This document shows positions 31,799 through 41,518 of a stretch of DNA of 64,000 nucleotides, one piece after another. The DNA is taken from assembly GCA_047601445.1 (NCBI GenBank), contig JASGJH010000001.1:4992001-5056000 (forward strand), read 5' to 3'. Position 1 is the stretch's first letter; each line of letters starts with the position of its first letter. A program made the position numbers and the translations under genes. The stretch comes from Myxococcales bacterium (GTDB lineage Bacteria > Myxococcota_A > Polyangia > Polyangiales > DASUME01). The notes beneath the pieces were generated by a model. It saw nothing but the letters and a program-made list of their open reading frames with translations, made no database searches and was not told the DNA's origin.

Positions 31799-33995
31799 TC
31801 AGAGCGACTCTTGGTCGCCGATGGCGCGACCACCGAGCGCCGGATCGCTCCAGGAGTCGCGGCCCGTCTCGACGCGACCCGCGAAGCGACGACCGAAGCC
31901 CGGCAGCTCGCTCACGCGCACACTGAAGTCGTACCAGTTGGCGCTGTGACGCAGGATCCAGTGCTGATTGGCGCTGCGCCCGGCGCCCACGCGCACCGTC
32001 CAGGGGCCCGCGCGCAGAGGTCCATGGAAGTAGGCATTGGGTGTGATCACGAAGGTGCAGGGGGCGTGCCCTCCGTTGATCAGGTCGACGCTGAGGCCGC
32101 CGATCAGCGGGTGATAGCGCACGCGGATCTCCGGCGCGGCCTGGGCCACCGTCGCGCTGAGGTCGCCCACGAAGTGCCGGTGATAGCCGTTGGGACCGAG
32201 CACCCACAGATCGTAGGCGCCCTGCTGCTCGCCGAGCTTGTAGCTGCCCAGCAGGCTCTTGCCGGCCTCCACGGTGTAGCGACGCGGCGCCTGGTCGAGG
32301 TGCCTGCGGTCGTACACGTGGAACACTGCGGCCGCGCGGCCGCTGTTGATGAAGCGCAGGTCGATCTGCTCCGCGCTCGGCTGCAGCTCGGCCTGAGTGT
32401 GTAGCTCGTAGGGCAGCGCGCGCGAGGGGCGCACGCCGTACTCCTGGCTCGGCAAGGATGGCGCCGGGATGGGTGGCGTGGTGGTGCCGGGCAGGGCACG
32501 CGCACGGTCCGCCAGCTCCACGGTGTCCGGGAGGTCGTCCAGGAAGGGCTGCTCGTCGGGATCACGGAAGTCGAGGGTGGACGTGAGGTCGCCACACACC
32601 ACGCGCCGCCAGGGCGTGATGTTCGGCTCGAAGACGCCGAAGCGACGCTCGAGGAAGCGGATCACCGAGGTGTGATTGAACACCTCCGAGTTGACCCAGC
32701 CGCCCTTGCTCCAGGGAGAGATCACGTAGAGCGGCACGCGCGGCCCCGGCCCGTAGGGACGGTGCAGGAGCTGCGACTCGGCGGGGTTCGCCCCATCGGG
32801 CAAGAACTCGTGGTACTCACCGCGCGTATCCACCGTGGATGCACCGGCCAACGCGGCCTTCGCAGGGTCGGCGTCCCAGCGCAGGTAGCTCGGCGCCTGG
32901 GGCGGCGGCACGTGGTCGAAGAAGCCGTCGTTCTCGTCGAAGTTCACGATGAACACGGTCTTGCTCCACACGTCGGGATTGGCTGTGAGCGCGTCGAGGA
33001 CCTGAGCCGTGTAGTCGGCGCCCTGGGCCGGACTCGAGGGGCCCGGGTGCTCCGAGCCCTCCGCCGTGGCCACGACCCAGGAGATTCTGCGGCAGCGTGC
33101 CGTCGATCACGTCCTGCTTGAGCTTGTCGAGGTCACGCGTGGACAAGCCGCGCTCGCGCAGCGCCGCGAGCGAGCCGGGCGCGCCTGCGTAGGCCGCGCG
33201 GAAGGTGCGGAAGCCGGCCACCGAGTTGTCGGTGAAGTTGTCGTCCATGTTCTGATAGATCTGCCAGCTCACACCGGCCTTCTGCAGGCGCTCGCAGTAG
33301 GTGATCCAGGTGTAGCCACCCTCGGGATCGTGCTCGAGATTGTCGTAGTCGTTGTAGAGAACCGGCCCGTGTCCCTGCTTGAACGGGTCGTTGGTGCCGG
33401 TCCACAGGAAGCAACGGTTTGGGTTGGTGCCGCCGTGGAAGGAGCAGTGATAGGCGTCGCAGAGCGTGAAGGCCTCGGCCATCGCGAACTGGAAGGGCAG
33501 GTCGGGCTCGGCGAAGTAGCCGAGCGAGTGGTTGCGCTTCTGCACCGGCCACTGGTTGAGCTTGCCGTCGTTCCAGGCGAGCGTGGCGTTGGGCCAGGTG
33601 TGGGGCGTGCCGCTCACGCGCATGTGCTCGAAGTGCTCGGTGGTGTCGAGTGGGAAGGGCGAGACCACTTGCGTGCTGCCGTCGGCCGCTACGTTGGCCT
33701 GAAACCAGACGGTCTTCTTGCTGATGCCGGGCGCGTCGGGCACGGGGATCGGAAAGCGATCGGCGAAGCCGCGCACGCCGCGGTAGGTACCGAAGTAGTG
33801 ATCGAACGAGCGGTTCTCCTGCATCAGGATCACCACGTGCTCGACGTCCTTGAGCGTGCCGGTGCGGCGATGGGCCGGGATCGCCAGCGCGCGCTGAATG
33901 GCCGGCGGAAACGCCGCGGCGGCCAGGCTCGCTCCGGCCGTATAGGCGGCGGTGCGGAGGAAGTCTCGTCGGTTGCCTTGGGTCATGTCGCGCAT
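31799..33995 (-). pseudogene. Phosphocholine-specific phospholipase C (PlcN/PlcH-like) split by a single-base frameshift, or a sequencing error
   Basis: Tat signal NRRDFL, MQENRSFDHYFG, GGTNPNR in ORF 32817-33995; NFDENDGFFDH, GPRVP, CGDLTS in ORF 31799-33073. Removing one T of 33085-33086 joins them as TLPQISWVVATAEGSEHP. Confidence 0.9.
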
Positions 33996-34251
33996 CCCTT
34001 CGTGAACTGCTGCGCCCGTTCGGGGGCGCTCACGCAGGGAAGCTCACACGCGACTAAAACCGCGGGGTGACTCTCCAGCAACGATGCATCGGCATTTCAC
34101 GCGCTAGCCGGACTCAAAGTTCCAAGACGATGACGGAGTGCGATTCCGAATACTCGCGCAGCGCACGAACGAGGCTTCTTGCCACACAGGGGGGCACGGG
34201 CACGCGTACGCCCCAGAGGGAGAGCTCGCGCGGTGGTCATGGACGTGGACA

Positions 34252-34349
34252 TGGACTTTGACAGCGACGGCGTGCGTGATCGCCTTCGCGATCGATGATC
34301 AGGCCGTCGTGCCGCTCACGCACACCGTCGCCGTTCAGGTCAAAGTCCA
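34252..34349. repeat. Intergenic imperfect palindrome with hexamer-periodic flanks
   Basis: TGGACTTTGAC (34252-62) pairs with GTCAAAGTCCA (34339-49). 34264-79 pairs with 34316-31 with one mismatch. One arm recurs at 24198-24223. Confidence 0.75.
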
Positions 34350-34396
34350 AGTCGCCGACCAAGTCCTGGGCAACGTGCCGGGATGACCCACGGACC

Positions 34397-35773
34397 TCAC
34401 TCGTCGTCGAGCGCCGAGTCCGCCAGGGACACCTCATCCGCCGTACAGAACATGGTCTTCTGCATCTTGGCGGGTGGGTTCTTGCGCGTATTTTGCGCCG
34501 ACACACGGCGCATGGTGAAGCCCGTGTTGTAGACCTCGGGGTACGCCTCGCGCGCGATCGTCATGGCCGCCTCCCAATCAGTGCGCAGCTTCACGGACGC
34601 GGGGTCGGGCGCGAAGCCGGGGTCGGGCGTGAGCGCGATCAGCCCGAGCAGGTCCTCGAACAAGGTCTGCTCGAACGGCTTGCGTTTCACGGCCGCCACC
34701 AGCGAGGGCACGAGCACGCGGTCACGCAGGGCTTCCGCGTCCGCGCCATCCACCTGACACTGCAACAGCCGGTGATGCAGGTGCGAGATGCCCACCGCGA
34801 CCTCCGAGCGCTCACGCGTGAACAGCTCCTTGAACGCAGCGTCGTAGCGCCCCTCGGCCTCCGCGAACCAGGTGAGCATGATGTCGACGAGCTTGCCTCG
34901 GCACTCCCCGTTGCAGCTCTCCCCGTACAGATAGCCCTTGAGCCAGTCGGCGCGCTCCTTGTGAAACGCGTTGACGGCGGCCACGTCGCTGGCCGACACG
35001 AAGGCGTTGGGTTGGGTGGGTGAGAGCACCAGCGCACTGATCAAGTGGGCGCCGGTGGAGGTCCCCTCGAAGTGCGCGACCTCGCCCTTTTGGCGGCGCT
35101 CGAACAACTCCACCAAATAGCTGCTGAAGAGGGCGGTCAGCTTGAGTGGCATGTTCTGCACCGAACGCTCGTCGGTCAGGAGCCCGAGCGGCCCGTCCTG
35201 GTTCTTCTTGCGCGCAGCATCGAGCTCCTCCGCGAACAGGTCCGTGAGCTCGAGCGAGCGCTCGACGTGGTTCTCCTTGGGGCAGATGGCCACGTCACGT
35301 ACGACCCCGAAACGCTGCTGGCACGACACCTCGTAGGAGCTCGCCAGACGCGCGTAGCTCTTGTCCGTGGTGCTGAGCAGCACGGACTTCATGTAGCTCG
35401 GGCTGTCCTTGCCCAGCTCGAGAGCGTAGGAAACGGCCAGCTCGGGGTCGAGGATGTTGCCGCGCGTCAGCGAGAGCAGCACGCCGTAGCGACGTTCCAC
35501 CGTGTCGGGTCCACTGGCCGACAGCACATCGAGGTTCTTGGAGAGGATCTCCGCGCGCTCGATGCGCCAGTTGTTGTCGGCTTGAGCCTTGGCGATCTGC
35601 TGCTGGGAGTCGGCCTGCTTGGCTGCCATCTCCGACTGCCGGTATTGCCAGATGGACGTCGCCACCAGACCTGCCGCCCCGATCACGAAGGATGACAGGA
35701 AGGAGTGATAGGTCTGGATGAAGGAGCCTACGCGGCCCGGCTGTGGTTTGTTCGAACTACCCGCGTCAGACAT
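34397..35773 (-). CDS. Hypothetical membrane-anchored helical protein
   Basis: ATG 35773, N-terminal TM (FLSSFVIGAAGLVATSIW), then a coiled coil. Strong GC3 bias. Confidence 0.75.
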   Translation of the reverse strand: MSDAGSSNKPQPGRVGSFIQTYHSFLSSFVIGAAGLVATSIWQYRQSEMAAKQADSQQQIAKAQADNNWRIERAEILSKNLDVLSASGPDTVERRYGVLLSLTRGNILDPELAVSYALELGKDSPSYMKSVLLSTTDKSYARLASSYEVSCQQRFGVVRDVAICPKENHVERSLELTDLFAEELDAARKKNQDGPLGLLTDERSVQNMPLKLTALFSSYLVELFERRQKGEVAHFEGTSTGAHLISALVLSPTQPNAFVSASDVAAVNAFHKERADWLKGYLYGESCNGECRGKLVDIMLTWFAEAEGRYDAAFKELFTRERSEVAVGISHLHHRLLQCQVDGADAEALRDRVLVPSLVAAVKRKPFEQTLFEDLLGLIALTPDPGFAPDPASVKLRTDWEAAMTIAREAYPEVYNTGFTMRRVSAQNTRKNPPAKMQKTMFCTADEVSLADSALDDE

Positions 35774-36008
35774 GGCGGGCGGATTGTACGCTCGCAGAGC
35801 CGGGATGCGTCCCCAGTCGGAGGCAAAAATCGGCGCTCCGCACGGATAACCCGAGTGCCCCGCCCTGACGCGAGGGAGGCCCCCGAACGCCGTCCAAGAA
35901 CGCCCCAAGTCGTGCGCACGCGCCCGCACGGCGAGGCCGGGAATCGGGGCGAAATCGGTCATTTGCGTCGCCAGTGCCGGCTTCGAGCCGCCCTGGGGCG
36001 GCTGGCAC

Positions 36009-37043
36009 ATGCATTGCTGTTCCCCAGGCGTGGACTCGACACCGCCATCCCGTGCCAAACGCTGGCTAAGTTGGTGTGCCCTCGGCTTGGTGGCGCTGGC
36101 CGGGCTTGGCTGGCTCGTCGCGCCCAGGCTCATCGCCCGCAAGGTACGGCGCGAGCTCGCCTCCCTGCCGGGCGGCTACACGGGCGACATCGACGAGGTG
36201 GAGCTGCGGCTCTGGGACGCCGAAGTCGCCATGCTCGGCATGCGCGTCGAGAAGAAGCGCCCGCAAATCCCCACGCCCTTCTTGCGTGCCGCGGAGTTCG
36301 TGATCGGGTTCGAGCGCCGGGGCTTCGGCCTGCGCAACACGCTACGGGTGGTGCAACCCATCGTGAGCCTGGTCGATGGCAAGACGCCCGCCCAGGATCA
36401 GTGGGGCCCACACTTCAAGCTGGAGACGCTGCGCGAGAAGCTGCCCTTCGAGCTCGATGGACTCCGCGTCGAGGACGGTCAGCTCCACCTACGGGTGTTC
36501 GACGCCGAGCCACCGGTAGACGCCTATCTCTCCCACGTCGACGTGGCCTGGAGCGACCTCTCGCATTGCTTGCCCCCAGGCGACGCCACCTGCGACTCCC
36601 GAGTCCGCGTGCGCGGGCGCATGATGGGGCACGCCACGCTGGCGCTGGGCGGCCGCTTCGAGCGCAACCCGGAGAGCAGCCTGGTGCTGAGCGGAACCCT
36701 GCGCGACCTCGCGGCGCGCCAGCTGAGTCCACTCCTGTTGCGTTACGTCAAAGTGGATGTGCAGGACGGCAAGGTCGACCTCGACCTGCGCTATCACCGC
36801 CACGGCGATCACTACACCGCCTTGATCGTGCCCAAGCTCGAGGACCTCAAGGTGCTGGGCGGCCGTGACGACACCAAGCTGGGACGGGAGATGGCGCTCG
36901 CGCTCACGGCCGGTTGGTTCGAGCGGCGGCGCGGCGAAAAAGCCGTGCGTCTGCGCGGACAGAGCGGCCGGGACAACCTGGATTTCAAGGTCGTCGATAG
37001 CCCCGCCAAGGAAGCCCGCGACAAGCGCGACGAGGAACCGTGA
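36009..37043 (+). CDS. DUF748/AsmA-like protein
   Basis: N-terminal TM, then beta-rich YTGDIDEVELRL..VDVQDGK..PKLEDLKV. The start may be GTG 36030. Confidence 0.65.
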   Translation: MHCCSPGVDSTPPSRAKRWLSWCALGLVALAGLGWLVAPRLIARKVRRELASLPGGYTGDIDEVELRLWDAEVAMLGMRVEKKRPQIPTPFLRAAEFVIGFERRGFGLRNTLRVVQPIVSLVDGKTPAQDQWGPHFKLETLREKLPFELDGLRVEDGQLHLRVFDAEPPVDAYLSHVDVAWSDLSHCLPPGDATCDSRVRVRGRMMGHATLALGGRFERNPESSLVLSGTLRDLAARQLSPLLLRYVKVDVQDGKVDLDLRYHRHGDHYTALIVPKLEDLKVLGGRDDTKLGREMALALTAGWFERRRGEKAVRLRGQSGRDNLDFKVVDSPAKEARDKRDEEP

Positions 37044-37087
37044 GCGGATCGATGGCGTGCGGCCCGCACTGCACGCACAGTTGAGCC

Positions 37088-37744
37088 ATGAGCAACGCGC
37101 GGACGTCCCATCCCTCGAGCGGCCAGACGTTGGCAGCCGCCCACGAACACGACAGCTCCCTCCAGAAGCAGCTCGGCAAGGCCATGTTGGTTGCCTCCGG
37201 TTGGACCGCGTCGGGCCCGCCCCCGGCGGAAAAGCGCTACGTCTTGTTGGCCGCGCCCCACACGTCCAATTGGGACTTGCCCGTGATGCTCGCCCTCACG
37301 ATGAGCTTCGGCCTGACGGTGCGCTGGATGGGCAAGCACTCGCTGTTCAAGCCACCCTTCGGCGGATTCATGAAGCTCCTGGGCGGCCTGCCCATCGAGC
37401 GCCACAAGCAGAAAGGCGTGGTCGAAGCGGTGGCCGAAGAGTACCGCAACGCCGAGGAGCTCATCATCGCCATTCCGCCCGAGGCCACGCGCAGCCGCGC
37501 TCCGTACTGGCGCTCGGGCTTCTATCACATCGCACGTGCTGCCCAGGTCCCGATCGCGCTCGGGTTTCTCGACTACGAAAAGCAAATCGGCGGCATCGGG
37601 CCCCTGATCCAGCCCAGCGGAGACATCCACGCCGACATGGAGAAGATCCGCACGTTCTACGCGCCGATGCAGGGCAAGTTCGCGGAAAACTTCGCGGTCC
37701 CACGGCTGCGCGAGGAGGACGAGTCCGTCCCCAGCAGAGGCTAG
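37088..37744 (+). CDS. 1-acyl-sn-glycerol-3-phosphate/lysophospholipid acyltransferase
   Basis: PHTSNWD (HxxxxD), PEATR, WRSGFYHIA. Confidence 0.92.
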   Translation: MSNARTSHPSSGQTLAAAHEHDSSLQKQLGKAMLVASGWTASGPPPAEKRYVLLAAPHTSNWDLPVMLALTMSFGLTVRWMGKHSLFKPPFGGFMKLLGGLPIERHKQKGVVEAVAEEYRNAEELIIAIPPEATRSRAPYWRSGFYHIARAAQVPIALGFLDYEKQIGGIGPLIQPSGDIHADMEKIRTFYAPMQGKFAENFAVPRLREEDESVPSRG

Positions 37745-37899
37745 GGGTGTCCCTAATTCCGGCGCGAGTCAGGGCGCGAATTTCCGTCGCAGCGCGAGCG
37801 CGCCCGCAGGCTCGACCTGAAGGTCGGGCCGAGGACGAAGGCTGCGATGCGGCGGAAAGGCGCGATGCTGGCGTGCGCCGGAATGAGGGACACCCCTAG
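37741..37899. mobile_element. MITE-like element with 25-bp terminal inverted repeats ending in CTAG
   Basis: CTAGGGGTGTCCCTAATTCCGGCGC ... GCGCCGGAATGAGGGACACCCCTAG (24/25 complementary). No credible coding capacity. Confidence 0.7.
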
Positions 37900-38061
37900 G
37901 TACGAGCGGTCACTGCACACGCCGCGAGAAGCCACCAAAGTCGTACGAGAGAGCGCTAGCTCACGCCGCGTAGGTCAGTGCGGTGGCCTTTCGCAGCCAG
38001 CGGACTTCGGCGTATTGTCGTTTCGACGGGGAAGACTCTCGTTCTCCCGCCGGAGGCCGAC

Positions 38062-38778
38062 ATGACTCAAGTCATCATCCGCGACTTCCACCCGAGCGAC
38101 CGCGATTCGGTCCGTAAGGTCTGCTTCGAGACCGGCATGATGGGCGACCCCATCGTCGACCAATACCGGGACTTCGACAGCTTCGTGGACATGTTCACGG
38201 CCTACTACACCGACGAGGAGCCCGAGAACAGCGTGGTGGCCGAGCTCGACGGCCAGGTGGTCGGCTACATGTTGTGTGCCCTCGACGTGCGCAGAGCCAA
38301 GACCCCCGCTCGCTACATGCTCAAGCACGCCTTCACGCGCGGCGCCTGCTTCCGCCCCGGCACCTTCGGCTTTTACATGCGCAGCGCCTTCGACATGCTC
38401 GGCGATCTGGTGGGCGATAATGCACCCAAGGTCGACTACGACCTCTATCCCTCGGCCCCCCATATCAATCTACTCGGCTCGGCCCGGCGCGGCGGCGGCG
38501 CCACCGAGATGTTCTATCGTGTGTTCGACCACATCGTGGCGCGCGGCTCCAAGGGCATGCACGGCTCGGTACAGGCCACGAACCGCCCCATCATCGATCT
38601 CGCCATGAAGAAGCTCGGCTTCCACCTGGTGGGGGACCCCTTCCCCGTGCCGGGCCTGCGCGACGGCAAGGGAGAGCGCGTGGCGCTGCAGACCTTGGCC
38701 CGCACCTTGACAGACTGGGACGTGGGCGCCTGGAAGCGCAGAGGTTTCCGGATGAACACGTCGCCGCCACGCGCGTGA
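38062..38778 (+). CDS. GNAT family N-acetyltransferase
   Basis: RBS GGAGG, IRDFHPSD, VAELDGQVVGY, HINLLGSARRGGGA. Confidence 0.8.
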   Translation: MTQVIIRDFHPSDRDSVRKVCFETGMMGDPIVDQYRDFDSFVDMFTAYYTDEEPENSVVAELDGQVVGYMLCALDVRRAKTPARYMLKHAFTRGACFRPGTFGFYMRSAFDMLGDLVGDNAPKVDYDLYPSAPHINLLGSARRGGGATEMFYRVFDHIVARGSKGMHGSVQATNRPIIDLAMKKLGFHLVGDPFPVPGLRDGKGERVALQTLARTLTDWDVGAWKRRGFRMNTSPPRA

Positions 38779-38839
38779 GCGCGCGAGCGCGGGCGCCGTT
38801 CGGGCTCGGACCCGACGGACTGGCTACTATACGCCCCGC

Positions 38840-39397
38840 ATGATCGCGCTGATTTACGCTCATCCGTACCCCGACCGTTCGCGCGCCAACCGAGCCTTGC
38901 TTTCGGCCGTCGCCGGCCTGCCGGACCTCGAAGTCCGCTCGCTCTACGATCTGTATCCCGACTTTGCGATCGACGTGGAGTCCGAGCAGGAGCTGCTCTT
39001 GCGGGCCGAGCTCATCGTGTGGCAGCACCCGTTCTACTGGTACAGCGTGCCCGCGCTCATGAAGCACTGGTTCGACAAGGTGCTGGCCCGCGGCTGGGCC
39101 TATGGCGAAGACGGCAACGCGCTCAAGGGCAAGACCTGCCTGTGGGTCACCACCACGGGCGGCGACGAGGACGCTTTCTCGCCCGCTGGCATGCATGCCT
39201 TCCCCTTTGGCGCCTTCGTGCCCCCGGTGGAACAGACGGCCCGCTTCTGCCAGATGCACTGGGCACCGCCGCTCGTGTTGCACGGCGCGCATCGCGTGAG
39301 CAACGTCGAGCTCACGGCGGCTGCGGAACGTTATCGCGAGATGGTGAGCATGCTATCGGCGCGCGTGATGGAGCGCTCAGGAGTGGCCCATGGCTGA
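38840..39397 (+). CDS. kefF: Glutathione-regulated K+ efflux ancillary NAD(P)H oxidoreductase
   Basis: YAHPYPDRSRAN, LYDLYPDF, QHPFYWYSVPALMK. Overlaps kefC by 8 bp. Confidence 0.9.
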   Translation: MIALIYAHPYPDRSRANRALLSAVAGLPDLEVRSLYDLYPDFAIDVESEQELLLRAELIVWQHPFYWYSVPALMKHWFDKVLARGWAYGEDGNALKGKTCLWVTTTGGDEDAFSPAGMHAFPFGAFVPPVEQTARFCQMHWAPPLVLHGAHRVSNVELTAAAERYREMVSMLSARVMERSGVAHG

Positions 39398-41228
39398 ACA
39401 CGGAAGTTTGCTCGATGCCCTGATTTTCCTGGGCGGCGCGGTGGTCTTCGTGCCGCTGGCGAGTCGGCTTGGACTCGGCTCGGTGCTCGGCTACCTGCTC
39501 GCGGGCTGTGCCATTGGACCGCACCTCCTCGGACTCGTGCGCAACGTGGACTCCATCATGCATTTCGCCGAGCTCGGTGTGGTGCTGATGCTGTTCGTGA
39601 TCGGACTCGAGCTCGACCCCAAGCGCCTGTGGGGCATGCGGCGCCTGGTGTTCGGCGGCGGCGCCCTGCAGATGCTCTCGTGCAGCGTGGCCATTGGCGC
39701 CGCAGGCATGGCCGTAGGGCTCGCCTGGCAACCCGCGCTGATCGCTGGGCTCGCGCTGGCGCTGTCGTCCACCGCCATCGCGGTGCAGACCATGAACGAG
39801 CGCAACCTGCTCAACTCTCCGCTCGGGCGCGCGTCCTTCGGTGTGCTGCTGTTCCAGGACCTCGCTGCGATCCCGATCATGAGCGTGGTACCGCTGCTCT
39901 CCACGGCGGCGGACGCAAAGGCCGGCGGAGACCTGAGCTCGGCGCTCAAGGGGATCGCAGCCCTGGCCGTCACCGTGGGCGTGGGCCGCTTCCTCACGCG
40001 ACCGCTCCTGCAAGTGGTGGCGCGCACCGGGCTACGCGAAGTGTTCACCTCGGTGGCGCTCTTGATCGTGTTGGGCGTGGCACAGCTGATGACGATGGCG
40101 GGCCTCTCAATGGGCCTGGGCGCGTTCTTGGCGGGTGTGCTCCTGGCAGGGTCGGAGTTTCGCCACGCCCTCGAGGCCGACATCGAGCCCTTCAAGGGTC
40201 TCTTGATGGGCCTCTTCTTCATGTCGGTGGGCATGGCCATCGACTTCGGACTACTCGCGAGCCACCCCCTGTTCGTGCTGGCTTTGGTGGCCGGATATCA
40301 GGTGATCAAAGCCGGCGTGCTCGCGCTGATCGCGCCTCGTCTGAGCGTGGCCAAGTCCCAGAGCGGCCTGTTCGCTGCACTCTTGGCCCAGGGGGGCGAG
40401 TTCGCCTTCGTGGTGCTCGGTGTGGCGAAAGAGGCCAAGGCCCTGCCGGGCAACTGGGGCGGCCTGCTGACACTCACGGTGGCGCTCTCGATGGCGCTGA
40501 CACCACTTTTGCTGTGGATCCAGGGCAAGGCCGACGACCGACGCGCCTCCGCCAATGCGCGCCAGGACGACGTGATCGAACACGACGGCTCCCAGGTGAT
40601 CATCGCGGGCTTCGGCCGCTTCGGACAGATCGTGGGCCGCATGTTGTTCGCGAGCGGCATCCGGGCCACCGTGCTCGACCACGATCCCGATCAGATCGAG
40701 GTCTTGCGCAGGTTCGGCTTTCGCATCTTTTACGGCGACGCCACCCGCGTGGACCTCTTGCACACGGCGGGCGCGGCCAAGGCCAAGCTCCTGATCAATG
40801 CCATCGACGGCATCGACGACAGCCTGCAGCTGGTGGACCGCGTGAAGGAGCACTTCCCGCAGCTGACGATCGTGTCCCGGGCCCGCAACGTGTCCCACTA
40901 TTTCGAACTGCGCTCCCGCGGCGTGAACGTGGTGGAGCGCGAGACCTTCGAAGCCGCCATCACCATGGGACAGAAGGCGCTCATCAATCTCGGCGTGGCG
41001 CCCTACGAAGCCCACGAGCGCGCCGATCGCTTTCGCCGCCACAACGTGCGCGCGCTGGAGGCGGTATTGCCCTACCTCGACGACGAAGCCCGCCGCCTGT
41101 CCATGGCGCGCGCCGCGCGCGAAGAGCTCGAGAAGCAGTTCGAGCGTGACATGGCGGCGCTCAATCGCATCGGGAGTGCGGCTTGGCAGGCGGATCTCGA
41201 GGGGGCTGACGAGGCTCGCGCGGAGTGA
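39390..41228 (+). CDS. kefC: Glutathione-regulated K+ efflux antiporter (CPA2 + KTN)
   Basis: LGSVLGYL, LLFQDLA, HALEADIEPFKGLL, IAGFGRFGQ, FYGDATR, ERETFE. Confidence 0.93.
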   Translation: MAEHGSLLDALIFLGGAVVFVPLASRLGLGSVLGYLLAGCAIGPHLLGLVRNVDSIMHFAELGVVLMLFVIGLELDPKRLWGMRRLVFGGGALQMLSCSVAIGAAGMAVGLAWQPALIAGLALALSSTAIAVQTMNERNLLNSPLGRASFGVLLFQDLAAIPIMSVVPLLSTAADAKAGGDLSSALKGIAALAVTVGVGRFLTRPLLQVVARTGLREVFTSVALLIVLGVAQLMTMAGLSMGLGAFLAGVLLAGSEFRHALEADIEPFKGLLMGLFFMSVGMAIDFGLLASHPLFVLALVAGYQVIKAGVLALIAPRLSVAKSQSGLFAALLAQGGEFAFVVLGVAKEAKALPGNWGGLLTLTVALSMALTPLLLWIQGKADDRRASANARQDDVIEHDGSQVIIAGFGRFGQIVGRMLFASGIRATVLDHDPDQIEVLRRFGFRIFYGDATRVDLLHTAGAAKAKLLINAIDGIDDSLQLVDRVKEHFPQLTIVSRARNVSHYFELRSRGVNVVERETFEAAITMGQKALINLGVAPYEAHERADRFRRHNVRALEAVLPYLDDEARRLSMARAAREELEKQFERDMAALNRIGSAAWQADLEGADEARAE

Positions 41229-41235
41229 CTCACGA

Positions 41236-41427
41236 CGCGGGTGGCTGTTCGCGACGGGCGAGAGGGCTGCCCTGCCCGCTCGTCGCGCTGCATCTCGCTG
41301 CCCCGCCTGAGCTCGGTGTTCTCTTCCCACGTGAGCTTGGTGTTCTCTCGGTTCACCCCGCTCTCTCGTGATCCCTCTGCCTCTCGCGAGCTTGGTGTTC
41401 CTTCCCACGTAAGCCCGTGTTCTCTCG
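41236..41427 (-). repeat. Internally deleted copy of the composite repeat (arm plus degenerate 27-bp units)
   Basis: CGCGGGTGGCTG..GCCCTGCCCGCTCGTCGCGCTG matches the left end of the copy at 44000, followed by several GAGCTTGGTGTTCTCT-like units. Confidence 0.7.
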
Positions 41428-41438
41428 CTCCACTGAAG

Positions 41439-41492
41439 TGGCACGCTCCGTGCTGCGATGTGCCGTTCGAAACACCAGCTTGCACAAGCTGG
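41439..41492 (+). promoter_or_regulatory. Candidate sigma54 promoter plus palindromic operator, duplicated upstream of the paralog (~42710-42762)
   Basis: TGGCACGCTCCGTGCT has GG-N10-GC spacing. CCAGCTTG-CA-CAAGCTGG is a perfect inverted repeat at 41475-92. Both are kept in the second copy. Confidence 0.45.
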
Positions 41493-41518
41493 CACAAGTC
41501 CCTTCCCGGAGGCCCGGT

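Noticed and set aside
34237..34506. Small ORF with an EF-hand-like DLDFDLNGDG motif
   Set aside because: It arises from the hexamer-periodic intergenic palindrome and overlaps the neighbouring gene.
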